Below, piece by piece: positions 22,845 to 39,642 of a DNA stretch of 48,673 nucleotides. The stretch spans positions 1 through 48,673 of the forward strand of contig JAHBMJ010000400.1 of assembly GCA_018398765.1 (NCBI GenBank), written 5' to 3'. The notes below the pieces were generated by a model. It was not told the DNA's origin. It made no database searches and saw only the letters and a program-made list of their open reading frames with translations. Both the position numbers and the translations under genes were made by a program. Origin of the DNA: Chromera velia (Eukaryota). Numbering within the stretch: the stretch's first letter is position 1; each line of letters starts with the position of its first letter.

Positions 22845-24142
22845 TACACACAGACACAGACAGACAGACAGACACACACACATACACACATATAGAGTGA
22901 GACAAATACCTAAAGGGATGCCCTCTATGAGATCGTCAGACATGAAAAGCTAACAATAAAAGAAGAGCGGAGAGGCCTTGCAATACATAATGAAGAAAAT
23001 AAAATGAAACCAGCCTAGCTGGTATGCGCCAATATCCACTGATTTCTGTCCTGTTCTTATACCTAAGTGCAAAGAACGTGTATCTGCCGAATGATATTGT
23101 GATCTTTGCAGGGTCAAGCACTTTGAAGTACTCAAGAATTGAAGATATATGAAGCAAGGGACAGGGAGAAAGAAGCCAAGAGCGTTGTTCAGCAAGCGCG
23201 GTCGATAGAATGTGAAAGATCGACCAGCAGGAATTGAATATCTATCGCAATATGTACAGGACTTAGTAGGATCAAAAATGAAAACGCGGTGAGAGAGACT
23301 GGGAAATCCGAGTATTTGAAGATCGAGATAAGTCGGAACAAAGAGGGTCTAAAATAAAAGAACGAATTTTTCTTCCTCACTAAAGAAGAAAAGTAGACAG
23401 AGGAGGAGATCTAGCTCCTCACAGCTTCTATTTTGCCTAGTTTTTCTTCTTGTTCCCACTTAAAAATCGAACAAACAGAGAATTTTGAGTCTTTCTATTG
23501 GAGCCCCAGCCAAATCAAGCCCTGGCCAGAAAATTCTGCTACCACCATTCGCCAAGATGCAGGAGAAAGACGAGGCTCTGACCAAAAAGAACGAGGCTCT
23601 GCCAGTACGTAAAAAAGACCACACCTTTGACAGCAAGGAATTTCAGCTTGGGATGAATGGCTCCAAGCTGGGCTTCAGTAGCCGTGTAAAAACAGTACAT
23701 GCAAAACATGGCCCAACACTGGGATGCTGTCCTCAGTACTGAAGAAAATCTAAGAAAGCACATGCTAGAGGGGCGCCACCCGAGTCCAAACTGGAAACCA
23801 AATGCCACTATGTAGATAATGACATCTGCAAGGGCCACGAGCATGAATTGTAGTCCGACCTTCACTGTCCTCCGGACAAATACTGGCCCTTTGCCCCAGC
23901 TAAGGGGGGGTGCGTTGCATAAGATGGGGGTAAAAGTCATACAAGGCACAGTGATCCCCTAGAGTGCTCCCCCCTCCTAAAAACGATGCTTTTGCTGTCA
24001 GGTTGACAGTGTCTAGGGAAGGTTGCGCACTTACGTAACCCTCCATGCAGTCAGTGTAGTTGTGCTGTCCTTTGGCGCACTCTACATCGGAGTTACATTT
24101 TTCCCCGCATTGACCACACTCATGTGGCCCCTCAAGCAGGGG
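21672..24142 (-). CDS. TMEM184/OST-alpha (organic solute transporter-like) membrane protein, partial exon set, possibly a pseudogene
   Basis: Exon ~23583-23958: WGKGPVFVRRTVKVGLQFM...SQCWAMFCMYCFY...HPKLKFLAVKGVVFFTYWQS. Exon 22277-22458: INNYLIVVEMLVFVWVHAAAFS. Both match TMEM184/LAZ1 motifs. Candidate exons 21672-21785 and 24035-24142; 5' exons unresolved. Confidence 0.7.
22670..22890. repeat. (CA)n/(GACA)n intronic microsatellite
   Basis: Directly visible. Confidence 0.92.
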
Positions 24143-27100
24143 CTAGGGCAGGGGACTGGCATCCTTTTCCCTCCCCTGCTTTGCTAGGCTAAGCTGGAGG
24201 ATTTCGGGTCTCTGAAATAGTGATGGGGCCATTTTGTGTGCTAGTCTCTTTCTTCTGGTTACCAAAATTTCACCGCTACTGCTGCTACTGCCACTACTGC
24301 TGCTGCTACTGTTGCTGTCACTGCTGATGAAGCTCGCTTGATGTGGCCCTGCAAGAAGCATGAAGGAGAATGGAACCGTTAGATGCCTGCTTGTTAAGTG
24401 GGCATTGACAACCTCTCCAAGCAAGTCTTAGAAACATGGCAAAGGCAAAAAAAAGAGAGCAAAAATAAGGTGGCGACAGTCTGAGACAAAAAGCCACAAA
24501 AAGCAATGAAAGAGAAGAAAGGGAAAGGAATCAACAGAAAAGAAGGCGGGCAAAGTTGTCTAAAGAAAAAGAGAAGTGAGAGAAATCTGATTGATTCTAC
24601 TGCAGATAATTTCAGGGCACTCCTCAAAATCGCTTTAACATGGAAATGGGCTCAGGAGTGTGTGTGGGTACGTGGCATCAGGGGTGCATCGGTGTATTAT
24701 ATATCAATCAATGGTCTTTTTATATATTTGTCCCTCGATCATTTCAAGTATGCATGAAGGCCTTTGTTTCTTTTCAAGCAAGAAAGAGAAAAATAAAAAG
24801 AGATACAAAGTTGATTGCGTGTATAACCTGTCAACCACAACCGCAGATTGTGATACCACCAAAGCAAGGTCTGAAAGCATGTTTGTCAAGCACTGCCAGA
24901 AAGAAAATATGGGAGAAGAAGTGGAATGAATGCACAGGGAGGGCAGGTGAGAAGTTCTGCAAGATGTTTTCGCATACCAATGGGGCTGATGGCATGTCTA
25001 CGAACATGAAGCAAGTAGATGGTCGTTGACCTTGACGGCCATGCAGGTCTAGGCAGAGCAGAAGAGGCAGCGATCACGCCTTTGATTGTTCTGTTGAACT
25101 TCACTTCCAACTGCATGCAAGCATCAAAAGGAGATGCATCGGTCGTTCAAGCATGGGTCTTAGGAGGAAAAGAGAAGAAAATCAATACATACACCATGTA
25201 TGATGGCGCCACGCACCATGGAGACTGCAGACAAAAAACCAGAAGGGAAGGGAGGAGTGCTGCCTCGATCACACTTTGTTCAATCGTCTCCGACCCACAG
25301 CTCCCGTCTCCAGTGTATGCGTTCCCGAATCCACGGTGCATGCACACAGCAGGGAGCAGCAGAAACAAAAAGTAACAAACAGAGCACAGTGATTCACGTA
25401 TGAGTCCTACAGGAGGAAAAGAGAAGTGAGTAAAAGACTGTGCCCGATGATGTTATCAGCGTACTGTGGTTGTGAGTGGGAGTACAGAATGTCTCACATA
25501 ACGGGGAACAAGAAAGCGAGCAACGGATTCAACATTGAAATCCTCGGATAAGAAGGAGCTTCGCATTCACTCTTACTCCAACTGCCCCTGGTTTCCTTGC
25601 TGGAGTCCTCTGATATGCAGAGGACACGGGAGAACCAGAATCGGTGGAAGCATGCAGTACAAAAATCGGTGATCAGGTATTCAGCGACAAAGGAACTTTC
25701 GTTTTCCCCTCAGCCCGTGTGTCAACGTATCTCTCTTCTCCTCTTACTCCCTCTTTTTTTCTCGCCCTTTCTATCTAGTGGGAGTTCCTTTATCGTATAC
25801 ATGACAACGTGTGCTGAACACTTGGGTGTTCTGCGACAAAGAACGTTTCCACTCAGTCCCTATGTCTTCGGCTCCCTCTCCTCTCCCTCGTACTCTCTCG
25901 CCCCCTGTCTTTCTGCCTGTCTGTCGTTTGCTCTCTGTCTCCCTCGCCTTCTCTCCCTCCCTCTCTCTCTCTCTCTTTCCCTCTGGTGGGAGTTCTTTTG
26001 TTGCACACACGACAACGTGTGCTGAACACCTGATAGTGATTTTGTTTCTCTGCACTGCATAGACAATTCACGAGAGAACGCCGGACCTATTCTCGTGTAA
26101 AGCACACATTGGTACCCAGATAACGTCCGGCACGATCTCTCATTGTGATGAAGCAGACAGAAGAGGTAAACGAAAGAAATCATACATACACTGACCGGAG
26201 GAATGAAAGGGCTAAGTCTTCAACCTGCCTGCCTGGTTGGTTGTCCCGTCGCGTCCGTCCCCCAAGGGAGAGGTAAAGGAAGGAATCGACGTGGCTCCTC
26301 AACGTCAAAAAGTCTACAAGTTAATTCCATATAAGTGTAAGTATATAGAAATCCAAACAAATACATGACGTCGTCGAAAAAAAAGAAATGGTTGAACTGA
26401 GTCAAACTTTTTAAGACAAACAAAAGGAATGGCGCCCTTGGGAAGCAGATTTCCGAAAAGCTAAACTACAAAGAAAGAAAAAAGGCAACAAAGAGAACAA
26501 AGAGAACAAGAGAGAAAGAAAGAAAAAGAAGATCGAAACTCGAGAAAATAAGGTATGTGCCCATATCTACTTCCACCTCGTTGCAGTATTTCTACGCGTG
26601 AGAGGCAGGGGGGGGGGCCCTGAAGGTGTGCATTATCGCGGGAGATTCTGAAAGATAGGGAAGAGGAAACGCAAACGGAGCCTTGACTTTTTGACTGCCT
26701 AACCTCATCGAAGAAGAAAAAAAAGAAGGGGAAGAAGGTGATATTGATGTCGTGTTCCACAGTCCAGCAATCTCCATGAAGGGTTAGAGGGATGTCACCC
26801 GTCGATCGCATCTGAGAGTGTCCGCCCTCTTTGACATGTCGGGGCTTCTTGATGGAAGAACCAGTGAGCGAGTAGACAGTACTTCTCCAGAGAAAGCGAC
26901 CGATACTTATTTGAGGCAGCACTCCTCCCACATATTCAATCGAAGCATAAATCAGCCAGTCTTGCAGTGAATAAGAAAAACAGACGGATACACGGACAGT
27001 CCCTTCAACTTACTCTCTTAGTTTGTCTCTCAGCGGCACTTCTGATTTAATGCTTGCCTCTTCGTGTGTCTGCCTGTATGTTTGCTTGTCCGAACCATAT

Positions 27101-27144
27101 TCCGTTTGCATGTATGTGTGCGAACAAGCAAGAATTTCTTCTTA

Positions 27145-27186
<42 letters not shown>

Positions 27187-27300
27187 TCTTCTTTGTGCGT
27201 GTGTGTAGTAGATAAAAGACTTGCTGGCGAGTCCGAAAAGTTTGTGACCTACTTTTTATTCCCCCTGGCGGATGACCTGCAGGTTCTTCCTTTTGGGATA

Positions 27301-27706
27301 TACCAAGCGCAACTCAATTTGGCATGATTACAATTGTGATTGCAAATGTGAAAAAGATTTTTATCGTGCAAACAGTCTTTTAAGACTTGCGATATGTTTC
27401 TGATAATATTTGTAAAGTCTGTATAAATTTTCAAGTTCGTACGCGCAACCAATTATGTTTGCGAAAAATATGAAAATTCAAAGTCAGGATTCGTTTTCCG
27501 GGGCCGCCCAACTTTGAATTTTCATATTTTTTGCAAACGTAATTGGTCACGCGTACGAACTTGAAAATTTGTACAGACTTTACAAATATTATCAAAAACA
27601 TGTTGTAAGTCTGAAAAAACTGTTTCCGCAATAAAAATATTTTTCACATTTGCAATCCCAAACGTAATTGGCTGTATAGGTTTGCCAAATTGAGTTGCGC
27701 TTGGTA
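27301..27706. mobile_element. Tc1/mariner-type MITE (~406 bp, almost wholly palindromic)
   Basis: TIR TACCAAGCGCAACTCAATTTGGCA / TGCCAAATTGAGTTGCGCTTGGTA flanked by TA on both sides. Arms pair imperfectly over ~185 bp around a short loop at ~27485-27510. Confidence 0.88.
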
Positions 27707-28544
27707 TATGTGATCGGCAGTTTCAGAGTCCGGAACAGTTTTGCAACAGATGTTGATTTTAAAAACGAGGGAAGGCTGAAGCATGCTGAAGCTCGCAGTA
27801 TCCAAAATTTTGTCTGGTTAATCGCTAAAGACGAAGCTGCATGAGAAGAGGCTGCTCCGATTATGCGTACATCCGTACGTGCAGGACTTTGAAATCAAAC
27901 AACACATTCGACATAAGGATACATAGACGAACGACACGTATATACTGCTCAACTATTTCAAGCAGACATCAGGTCCACGGCGCGCTTACAGGTCCCTGCA
28001 CTCTTAAGGATTTGTCCTAGGATTTGTCGTCGACCAGATTTAAAGTTCTGCATTCAGGAGGAACTGAGCTTGGCCCTTTTATGTCCAACACAACATCCAA
28101 CAACACTTCCTGTCAAAAGTTCCTGGCACGGCGTAGACCGCGGCGTCACTTGCCGTGAATGGGCTGGCGTGCGTCAACCGCTCTACGTCATGCCGTAGAG
28201 CGGCGTGCTTCAACAATGTCCTTGCCGTGAGTCGGAACTTCCTGACTGATAGCTGCGACTACGTAGAAACGTTTATGCTCGAAGTCACATTCAAGCGTAC
28301 GTATCGCTGCATCAATTACGTTTCTTCTTCGATTTTCTTCACCTCCACACGCTTTGCGCACGAACTCACTTCTATGTAGAGAAACAAACTGGCAAAAAAC
28401 TGAACGAAAATGCAATCCGTCTGCGCAATGCATACACGGAAAACCGCCTCATTCGAGTTTTGCATCAGCTGCTAACCGTCTTTCAATTTGGCTGGCCGAT
28501 GGAACCAGCTGGTTGGAGCAAGAACTTGAGAATCCGACGTCCTG

Positions 28545-32079
<3,535 letters not shown>

Positions 32080-33228
32080 CAAGGAGACCCAACAAGTAAG
32101 TAAAAAGTCCAAGCCAGCACAGCAGCCGGCCAGTGAATACAAGTTATTCTTCTGAATTTTAGAATGTACAGGAACGTATATATTCAATCTAACATGAAAA
32201 AAAAACTATAAAAAATTGTGTGGTATGTATTGCATATAATAATGTTAGTACTATTATCAAACAATGTTAATTCTAGTGTTATCATTCTGCTAAGTTGAAA
32301 TTGATTGAAACATTCATAATGACATATACTATGATTGATTTTGTAAGATTAATTTTGGAAGATTATATTTATGCAGTAAATTAATTATCAATTAATATAC
32401 CGAATGACTTTTATACAATTGTATGTATCTATACATCAGCCGCATGGGTAATCGAATATATGGTTCTTAATTAGTGCTAAAAAGGTTACTAGACATAAAT
32501 TATTATCGTTTGTTAACGTTTTTTTAAGAAAAAAAAATATTACATTAATAATGAATTAACTAATTTTACCTAGCTTATTCGACTCGATTCTATTAAGACT
32601 AACTCAAGTCTACTTTGAATGAATATAATATATTGAATCAATGATCGGAATCATGCATTCAATTCAACTAGCAATTCAATTCCACTCTTTTTTCTTTTCT
32701 GAAACTGAATGTACAAAACTAGTGTTTAAAAGTTTGGGAAATTCTTCAAACTCCTGATTTCGACTTTACGGCCGGCAATGGCCTGCCGTGCGTATATAAC
32801 GCGTCAGTTAATTAGGTTGCGGCGCAAAAAATCACCCCGCGCCGCGCGCGCCTCTAAAAAAAATGTATCGGTCAAATTTCGATCCGGCGCATGCAGCCCG
32901 CGGACCACACATGCAGTATATATTATAAGTACTGCAATGTTTGGCATGCATGACAAAACCCTGTTTGCATCATGTTTGCATCGAGCGAAGTCGATCGACT
33001 GCAATCTCGTCTGCAGTGTCGTGCAGAAACAGATGGAGTGCTTCTCCGTCTACTGTGTTGAGAGATTTGCTGCCCGACAGAAACTCCGTCGAAACAAAAT
33101 CGATCGAAAGAACAAGCTGCACGTAGACCTCCGTTGAGGCTGAAGAATGACCTGATTCGGTCTTCCAGCCGTGCTTCATTCCAGTGAGTTTCCTTTAACA
33201 ATAGACTACGTGTCCACACCGTTTTCCA

Positions 33229-33750
33229 ATGGGATTATACGGCGTCCTGGCCGCATTTGTGGCACTGTACTGCCTCTTGCACGTGGACAGCAAGTGAGCT
33301 CACTTTTTGAATGATGCTGCATGCACGTTTGAAAAACGGCATCATTTCCTTTCTGTATGGGTTCCTTGTGGTGCCTGTCAAAAAAGTAGAAATAAGTTTC
33401 AAGATTCATGCTCTGCGTTCCCCCTTGAGTTTTCGTCCTTGCTTATGATCTCCACCGTCAGATGGCACTGTGTGGAAATATAGGTATATACATGCTCGTG
33501 CACGCGCACGCAAATTCCTCTCGATGCCCATCCGCCGATCCATTGATCCAGCCGTCTGTCAACTTGTCTAACTGACTGTATGCCTGCTTGCCTGCCTGCC
33601 GGACAGCCTGTTTGCCTACTTGACTGTCTCCCTGCTTGACTGCCCGCCTGTATGTCTCCATGTATATATGTCTGCTTGTCTGTTTGTCTGTTTGCCTCTC
33701 TGTCTGCCTGCGTGGCGGTTTGCGTGTTTGCCTGTTTGTCTGTTTGCCTC

Positions 33751-33826
<76 letters not shown>

Positions 33827-36509
33827 ACTGACTGACTGACTGACTGCCAACTTGCCTACCTGCCTGCCGGTCTGCCTACCTGCTTGCCTGTCTGCCTGTC
33901 CGTCTTTTTATCTGCCTGTCTGTCTACCTCTCTGCGTGTCTGTCTGCCTGTCTACCTGGTTGCGTGTCTGCACGTCTACCTGCCTGCCTGCCTGCCTATC
34001 TGCTCAACTACCTGCCTAACTGTCTGTCTAAGTGCTTGCCTACTTCCCCGCCTACCCACATGATTGACTGTCTGCCGGCTTACGTGTCTGCCTGCGTGAC
34101 TGCCTGTCTACCGACCTTCCTTTCCAGCAGCTTTTCTGAGTTCAGAAGGAACCAGAAAGCACTTCTTTCTGTCTTTTGTCCATGCAGATTGGCAATTTTT
34201 GGTGATCACGGGCCAAAGCTGGGAACGGATTGCTGCTGCGTGGAACACCCCCAGTTGAGTTGGACAGTCGATGGAGACGAAATGACCAAATACGCCAAGA
34301 CGGGGTCTCCGCTTCCGGACGCTCCAGGTGCCTTTGTCAGTCTGAGGGGGGATCGGCAGAACGAGGGGAAGGAGGGAGTCGCCGCATTTCTGGAGAAGCG
34401 GAGGATGGCAAAGAGATCAACTGACGAGGATGAAGGCACCGAATCAGAAGGCAGTGTTGACCTTGCCAAGGAAGAGCAATCATCAGGAACAACAAAGGAG
34501 CAGCAACCATCAGGAACAACAACAGAGGGTGAGGATGAAGGGGAAGAAGAGGATCCTCCAACGCCGGATAGCGGACAGCCCAAAACAGATCCGAAGCAGC
34601 CGGATGAAGGTCAGACAATGGTTGCTAAAAACATGGCGGATGCAAAAGAAACGGTCGATCTGACCAAAGCACAGGGTCAAGAGGCGTTCAACAAGCTTCA
34701 AGGCGCTGTAGGAGGAGCAATGGGGGGATCGGGCACCATCTCCAAGAAGTGCTGCAAGTCAGTCGGTTGGTCTTCCTGTCGAGCTCTCACTCTCAATCCC
34801 TGAAGACGTCGATCTGCTTTTTATTTCCTTAATTGAATTGATCCAGCCGTCTTAACTCGCCCCTGTGTTCGAACCAAAAGGAATTCTCGTTCACTTTCTC
34901 TATTCCTTTCTTTTTGTTGAAAGGTCGGAACGGCTCGTGGTTTGCTGAGAGAAGGAATTTCTTTAGTGTCTGCGTGCGCATATCCCTTGTTTTGTTTTTT
35001 TCGTTTGTATATCTGGTGATTGCATGTGTGCCTGCCTGACTGCTCTGATGACCGACTGGCTGAATTAAGGAAAGATGCTCGCTACCGTTTCCGATGAAGA
35101 TCAAGTGCTGCCTGCCGTTTCGCTCAGCCAGAAGAGATCGTTCGCATCATCTCGACAGGACCTGTCCACATGTACACGTTCTTGCTTTGTTTTCAGCATA
35201 CCTCCTAGCTGTCCATTTCGTTTTTTTCATCTCCCTTGTTGCAGTAATAATGACAAGGCAACAGGCCCCAACGGGAAGCAAGTGCCCAAGGCAACCACGG
35301 GGTCTTGTCCATCGGGAGCCCACAACAGTCCGACAGAGCTGTGCCTGATGGACGCTGCGGTGAACGCGGGAACCGTCCTCCCCCCCTGTCCAAGACTGTG
35401 CTGCTGCCCGAAATCAGAGAAAAACAAGGACGACAAGTGCCGAGCGTCAGTAAACCCAGTCAGAGAGCTCAACCTTCATTCATCTCTTCTTCCATTTCCA
35501 CACTCAGTGCATCGCACCGCGAATTGCTAAGTATTCCCGGATGATTTTGCGAAGAGATCGTGCAGCCAGAAGTACGCATACAGAGAACGGCTACAGAGGG
35601 AGTGGATTAAAGGAAATGAAGATAGAGAACTCTGTTTCTCCTGAAAGAGCGAGCTTCAAAGAGAGAAAGACAGACAGGAAGGGGGGGAGGGAGGGCGTGA
35701 GGGAGGGCGGGTGGGAACGAAAGTAGAGAGACAGAGAGGGAAAAGTGGAAATGAAACCAGGGGCACGGAGGGACAGACGAAGGGAAAGGTCAAAAAAAAG
35801 AAGAGGAATCAAAGGAAGAAAGGGGGTGAGGAAGGTACGCAGGGGGGAAAACTGCGAAGGTAGAAAGAGGAGGAAGAGGAAACGATGAAGCAGCCAGGGA
35901 AGGGAGGAAGAAGGAAGGAGAGAGGAAAAGAGAGAAACGAGACGTACAACAGTGGAAACAAGCGTGCATGAGTGAGTCAGTGAATGAATGAATGAATGAA
36001 TAAATGAATGAATGAGGGAATACGTTCATGAATGCGTACATGAAGAGGTGAACAAATGGACAAAGGAAGGAATGAGCAACAGAAATCGAGCTAGCAAGCG
36101 AGAGAAAGACAGAGAGGGAGAGAGAGGAAGCGAAGAAGATTGATTGATTGATTGATGGATGGATGGATTGATGGATTGATTGATTGATTGATGGATTGAT
36201 TGATTGATGGATTGATTGATTGATGGATTGATGGATGGATGAATGGATGGATGGATGGATTGATTGATGGATGGATGGATTGATTGATTGATGGATTGAT
36301 TGATTGATTGATTGATTGACTGATTGATTGATTGATTGATCGATTGATGGATGGATGGATGGATTGATTGATTGACTGACTGATTGATTGATTGATTGAT
36401 TGATTTGATGGATTGATGGATTGATGGATTGATGGATTGATGGATTGATGGATGGATGGATGGATGGATGGATGGATGGATTGGTGGTTGTCAAGCAAGA
36501 AAGAAAAAC

Positions 36510-36558
<49 letters not shown>

Positions 36559-36850
36559 CAAGGAATGGAGGCAGAAAGAACTAAACAGTCAGACAGAGCG
36601 CGAGCACAGCACGGACGGGGCAAAACAACTAGACAAGATCAAGGGAAACCCGTATGCTGTCATCTCCATACGGGCGATCGCTCCTCAAATCTGCGATCAT
36701 TTGCTTTTATCAATATCTTGCAGTCAGGACAATGCCCTCATGTGCGACAACACGGATGGAATTGTGATGAAAAAGGCAGACTTCTGGAGGTGCATTGACG
36801 ACAACGGGGACGTTCGACAAGATGACAAACCCGACGGGGGTGAAGGCTGA
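33229..36850 (+). CDS. Secreted Cys-rich/acidic hypothetical protein, 320 aa: join(33229-33293,34188-34757,35245-35445,36724-36850)
   Basis: Signal peptide [21 protein letters not shown]. Three phase-2 GT-AG introns give a continuous 963-nt frame. Cys clusters DCCCVE, KKCCN and RLCCCPK. Confidence 0.8.
33590..34010. repeat. (TGTC)/(TGCC)/(TGAC)n intronic microsatellite
   Basis: Directly visible. Confidence 0.9.
36137..36557. repeat. (GATT)/(GATG)n and (GA)n intronic microsatellite
   Basis: Directly visible. Confidence 0.93.
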
Positions 36851-38638
36851 CTGGTGAAAAGAAGATTGAGCAGCCGCTCGGAGGTGCGCAGGTCGTACCT
36901 AGGCTACGCAGGCGAGAACGGCCGCAAACGCCACAAACACAAGCGCTGAACTCCCGTACCTTGTTTTTCTGGTGAAGACCTGCTGTCTGTCCGACCCGCC
37001 TTCGCATCATAGCGCTCCGTCTTTCCCTGCGAATCCTCGCGCCCCGCCCCACTCGCTTCAGTTTGAACGCAGGCGAGTTACGTCACTCTCGCTTTAACGG
37101 TGCTCTCCAGGGGGCCCGCTTCCGTCTCCTCGGTTGGAACATACCAATTGACAGCCAGATGAATGATAAGATAAAAGAATGGACTAAGAAATCACCCGTG
37201 TATTCTTAATTCAAAAAACTAGCAAAATCGTACTGGCAGCTAGCTGAATCCATGCAGAATGAAGACATTAACTTAAAGTCGTTGCTTAGGTCTTTGCTCA
37301 CATGCTGATGCAAACTCTAGTACAAACTCCAGTGCAAACTGCAAACCACTGGGCCACTGGCAGACATGTATTCATTTTAAATTGAAAAGATTGGCTTAGA
37401 TTGAATTAGTCTAGCTGTAAATTCAATATTTTTTACAAGAATTTTTTAGTAGAGTTCAAAGTTTTATATCTGTAGCCAGAACTTGGTCCAGAAGCTGCCA
37501 GATCAAACTTAAAAGTAAATTCAAGTAAAAAATGTGATACTTAATTTGATTAGTACTTTGATCGTTTTGTATGGTTTATGTATGTATAAATCATTCAGAC
37601 TGATGATTGAGTTTGATTTGATATAAAATATTAGATATATACTTGTAGATTTAATTATGACAAATCTAGCAAAACTTGCTGCAAAAAAATTTGAAACTTA
37701 TATTTTAATTTGGCTTGAATCTTAGATCATTATAGCTGGTTTTAGCTAGGGCTTTGGTAAACTTCAAATCATGCACTGGTATTTATAATTTTAAACCTTC
37801 CGCTTGACAGTGGATCTGGGGGCCACTGGACCACAGAGAACTTAGACATCAATCAGATTCAATCCTATTTATAAGCCTGCAAACTTTACTTATAATTCTT
37901 TGCAAACCTGGCTTCAAACGTGGTCTGGATCTACTAGCTTAATTATCTTGGTATATGAAAATAATTCATTGTATGTTCAAATTACTTCAATGTATTTTGC
38001 TAGTATTTTGTTGTTTCTTTTTATTCTGAAAATTCAGATACTCACTGCTTTTTCACCTTAGTCTTCACCATACACTCATAAGCACCGTTTCTAGTATTAT
38101 TTTTAAAAAATTCTTTCTAGGATTTGCATAAATAAGATTTTATAAAAAGAATATAGAATACTGGCTAGGATACTGGGTGAATCTGTGTGACTGACTGTGA
38201 CATGATTTTCAATGTCAATAAATAACTAGATAAATAAACATGTGTAAACTTTGCTTGTAAAGAGCTAAACAAAGCATCGATCTGTGGAGAAGAAGACTCG
38301 GAGTCATCACGACGAAAAGAGTCGGAATTCATACCGTGGATGAGTATTGAATGAGCTGCACTGAAATTCGTAAAACTGGAAGAACGTGCCAGTGTCTGAC
38401 CAACGCGGTTCGTGTTTTGTGCATGAGACTGTCAAGTCATTTACTTCAGAAAAAGGTTTTGATGCGGGCTTCAATTTTGAAGCTAATTTCTGAACTAGCT
38501 TTTGAAGTAGGTGTTGACAGGTGATGCGAACTACATCTTCCTGTTACATCCAAGTGGAGGATGCGGTTGACTAATTGATGCGGCCTGCAATTTTTGGGCA
38601 CGTTTATGATGTTGAAGTTCAGACCGCGGAGACCCAGC

Positions 38639-39642
38639 TCAAGAAGACTGGGAGTCAGCTGCGTGCATCCTTTCCATGGCTTCGTTAAAGGCATTGAGCT
38701 TGGAGTCTGCTTCGTTTACTGCAGTTCCAAGAAACGCTGAAACCGGATCGAAGAGAGCTGGCGATCGAAGTAGCCCTGCTTTGGTGGAGTTTCGGTCATG
38801 TCCCATTTCTTTGATGTGCTCCTCTCGACTGCAAAAGGGAAAACAGAGCGCCATATACAATCCAATGTGCTCAATGAGAGGAGTGGAATACAGCAGATTG
38901 AGCTCTCCGGCCTTACAGGTCGGTCTGCTTTTTCCAACGGCTGAGAACGTTGTCCACGATTTGGCGGTCCGATTCTTCACCATGCTGAATCGACTTGTAA
39001 ATTTGAGCAAGCACCTGCTTGGGCGACATGACCAACCCTCCTGCCGCCATCTGTTCATTCACCTCAGGTGACTTCAGAAACCCAGCAAGCCTGCATGTTC
39101 AAAATCAAATTAAGGATGGGCCAGCCAGTTGGCGTCGACCGGCGTCGAAGGAACAGACCAAAACCTCCACCTACATTGAGAGTCCAGAAACAGCGTTTGG
39201 AGTCAATTTGAGCGCTGATGCCGCCTGTTCTAGGGCGCCGTGCTCCATTGCTTGGTCGAAGGGATCGTCCTGCAAGCGCTCTGAGGTTCAATGCAAACTG
39301 ATTTCCAACTGGACACTTTGACAGCTGACAGCTGACTTACAGAGTCCGTGTAAGGTCTCGACCTTAGCTGGAGGAAAGTGGCCGGTTTGGTCTGCGACAG
39401 TAGGCGGTTCATCTCCGAAAGAGCGTCATTTGCTGCGTGAATCCAGTAGAGCCCAGTGGAGCTGCTTGGCAGCAAGGGTGCATGGAACCCAGTCCTTTAG
39501 AACACCCATTCGGCTCACCCGGTGCGAATGCAGCTGCTACATCAAGAACCGTCTGGTCGGTGATTCCTCGAATATCACCGTCGCCCGGCTCTGCCAAGCT
39601 CCCCACGACACAAGCCAGGAGGAGCGCGAAGGCCAACTTCAT
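38639..39642 (-). CDS. Secreted hypothetical protein, 224 aa: complement join(39519-39642,39341-39432,39175-39269,38917-39090,38639-38828)
   Basis: Signal peptide MKLAFALLLACVVGSLA. Four short GT-AG introns with compatible phases give a 675-nt open frame. Confidence 0.78.

Noticed and set aside
6884..24145. Stop-codon reassignment (TAG read as Gln) to explain many in-frame TAGs
   Set aside because: The decayed element also has TGA-for-Arg and TAG-for-Trp stops and frameshifts, and the long intact exons contain no internal TAG, so mutation explains them better.
24450..26931. Candidate 5' exons of the TMEM184-like gene (e.g. ORF 26461-26931)
   Set aside because: I could not find the expected N-terminal TMEM184 motifs or a consistent phase chain.
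38639..39642. Frameshifted pseudogene suggested by fragmented ORFs
   Set aside because: Four canonical short introns join the fragments into one intact frame.
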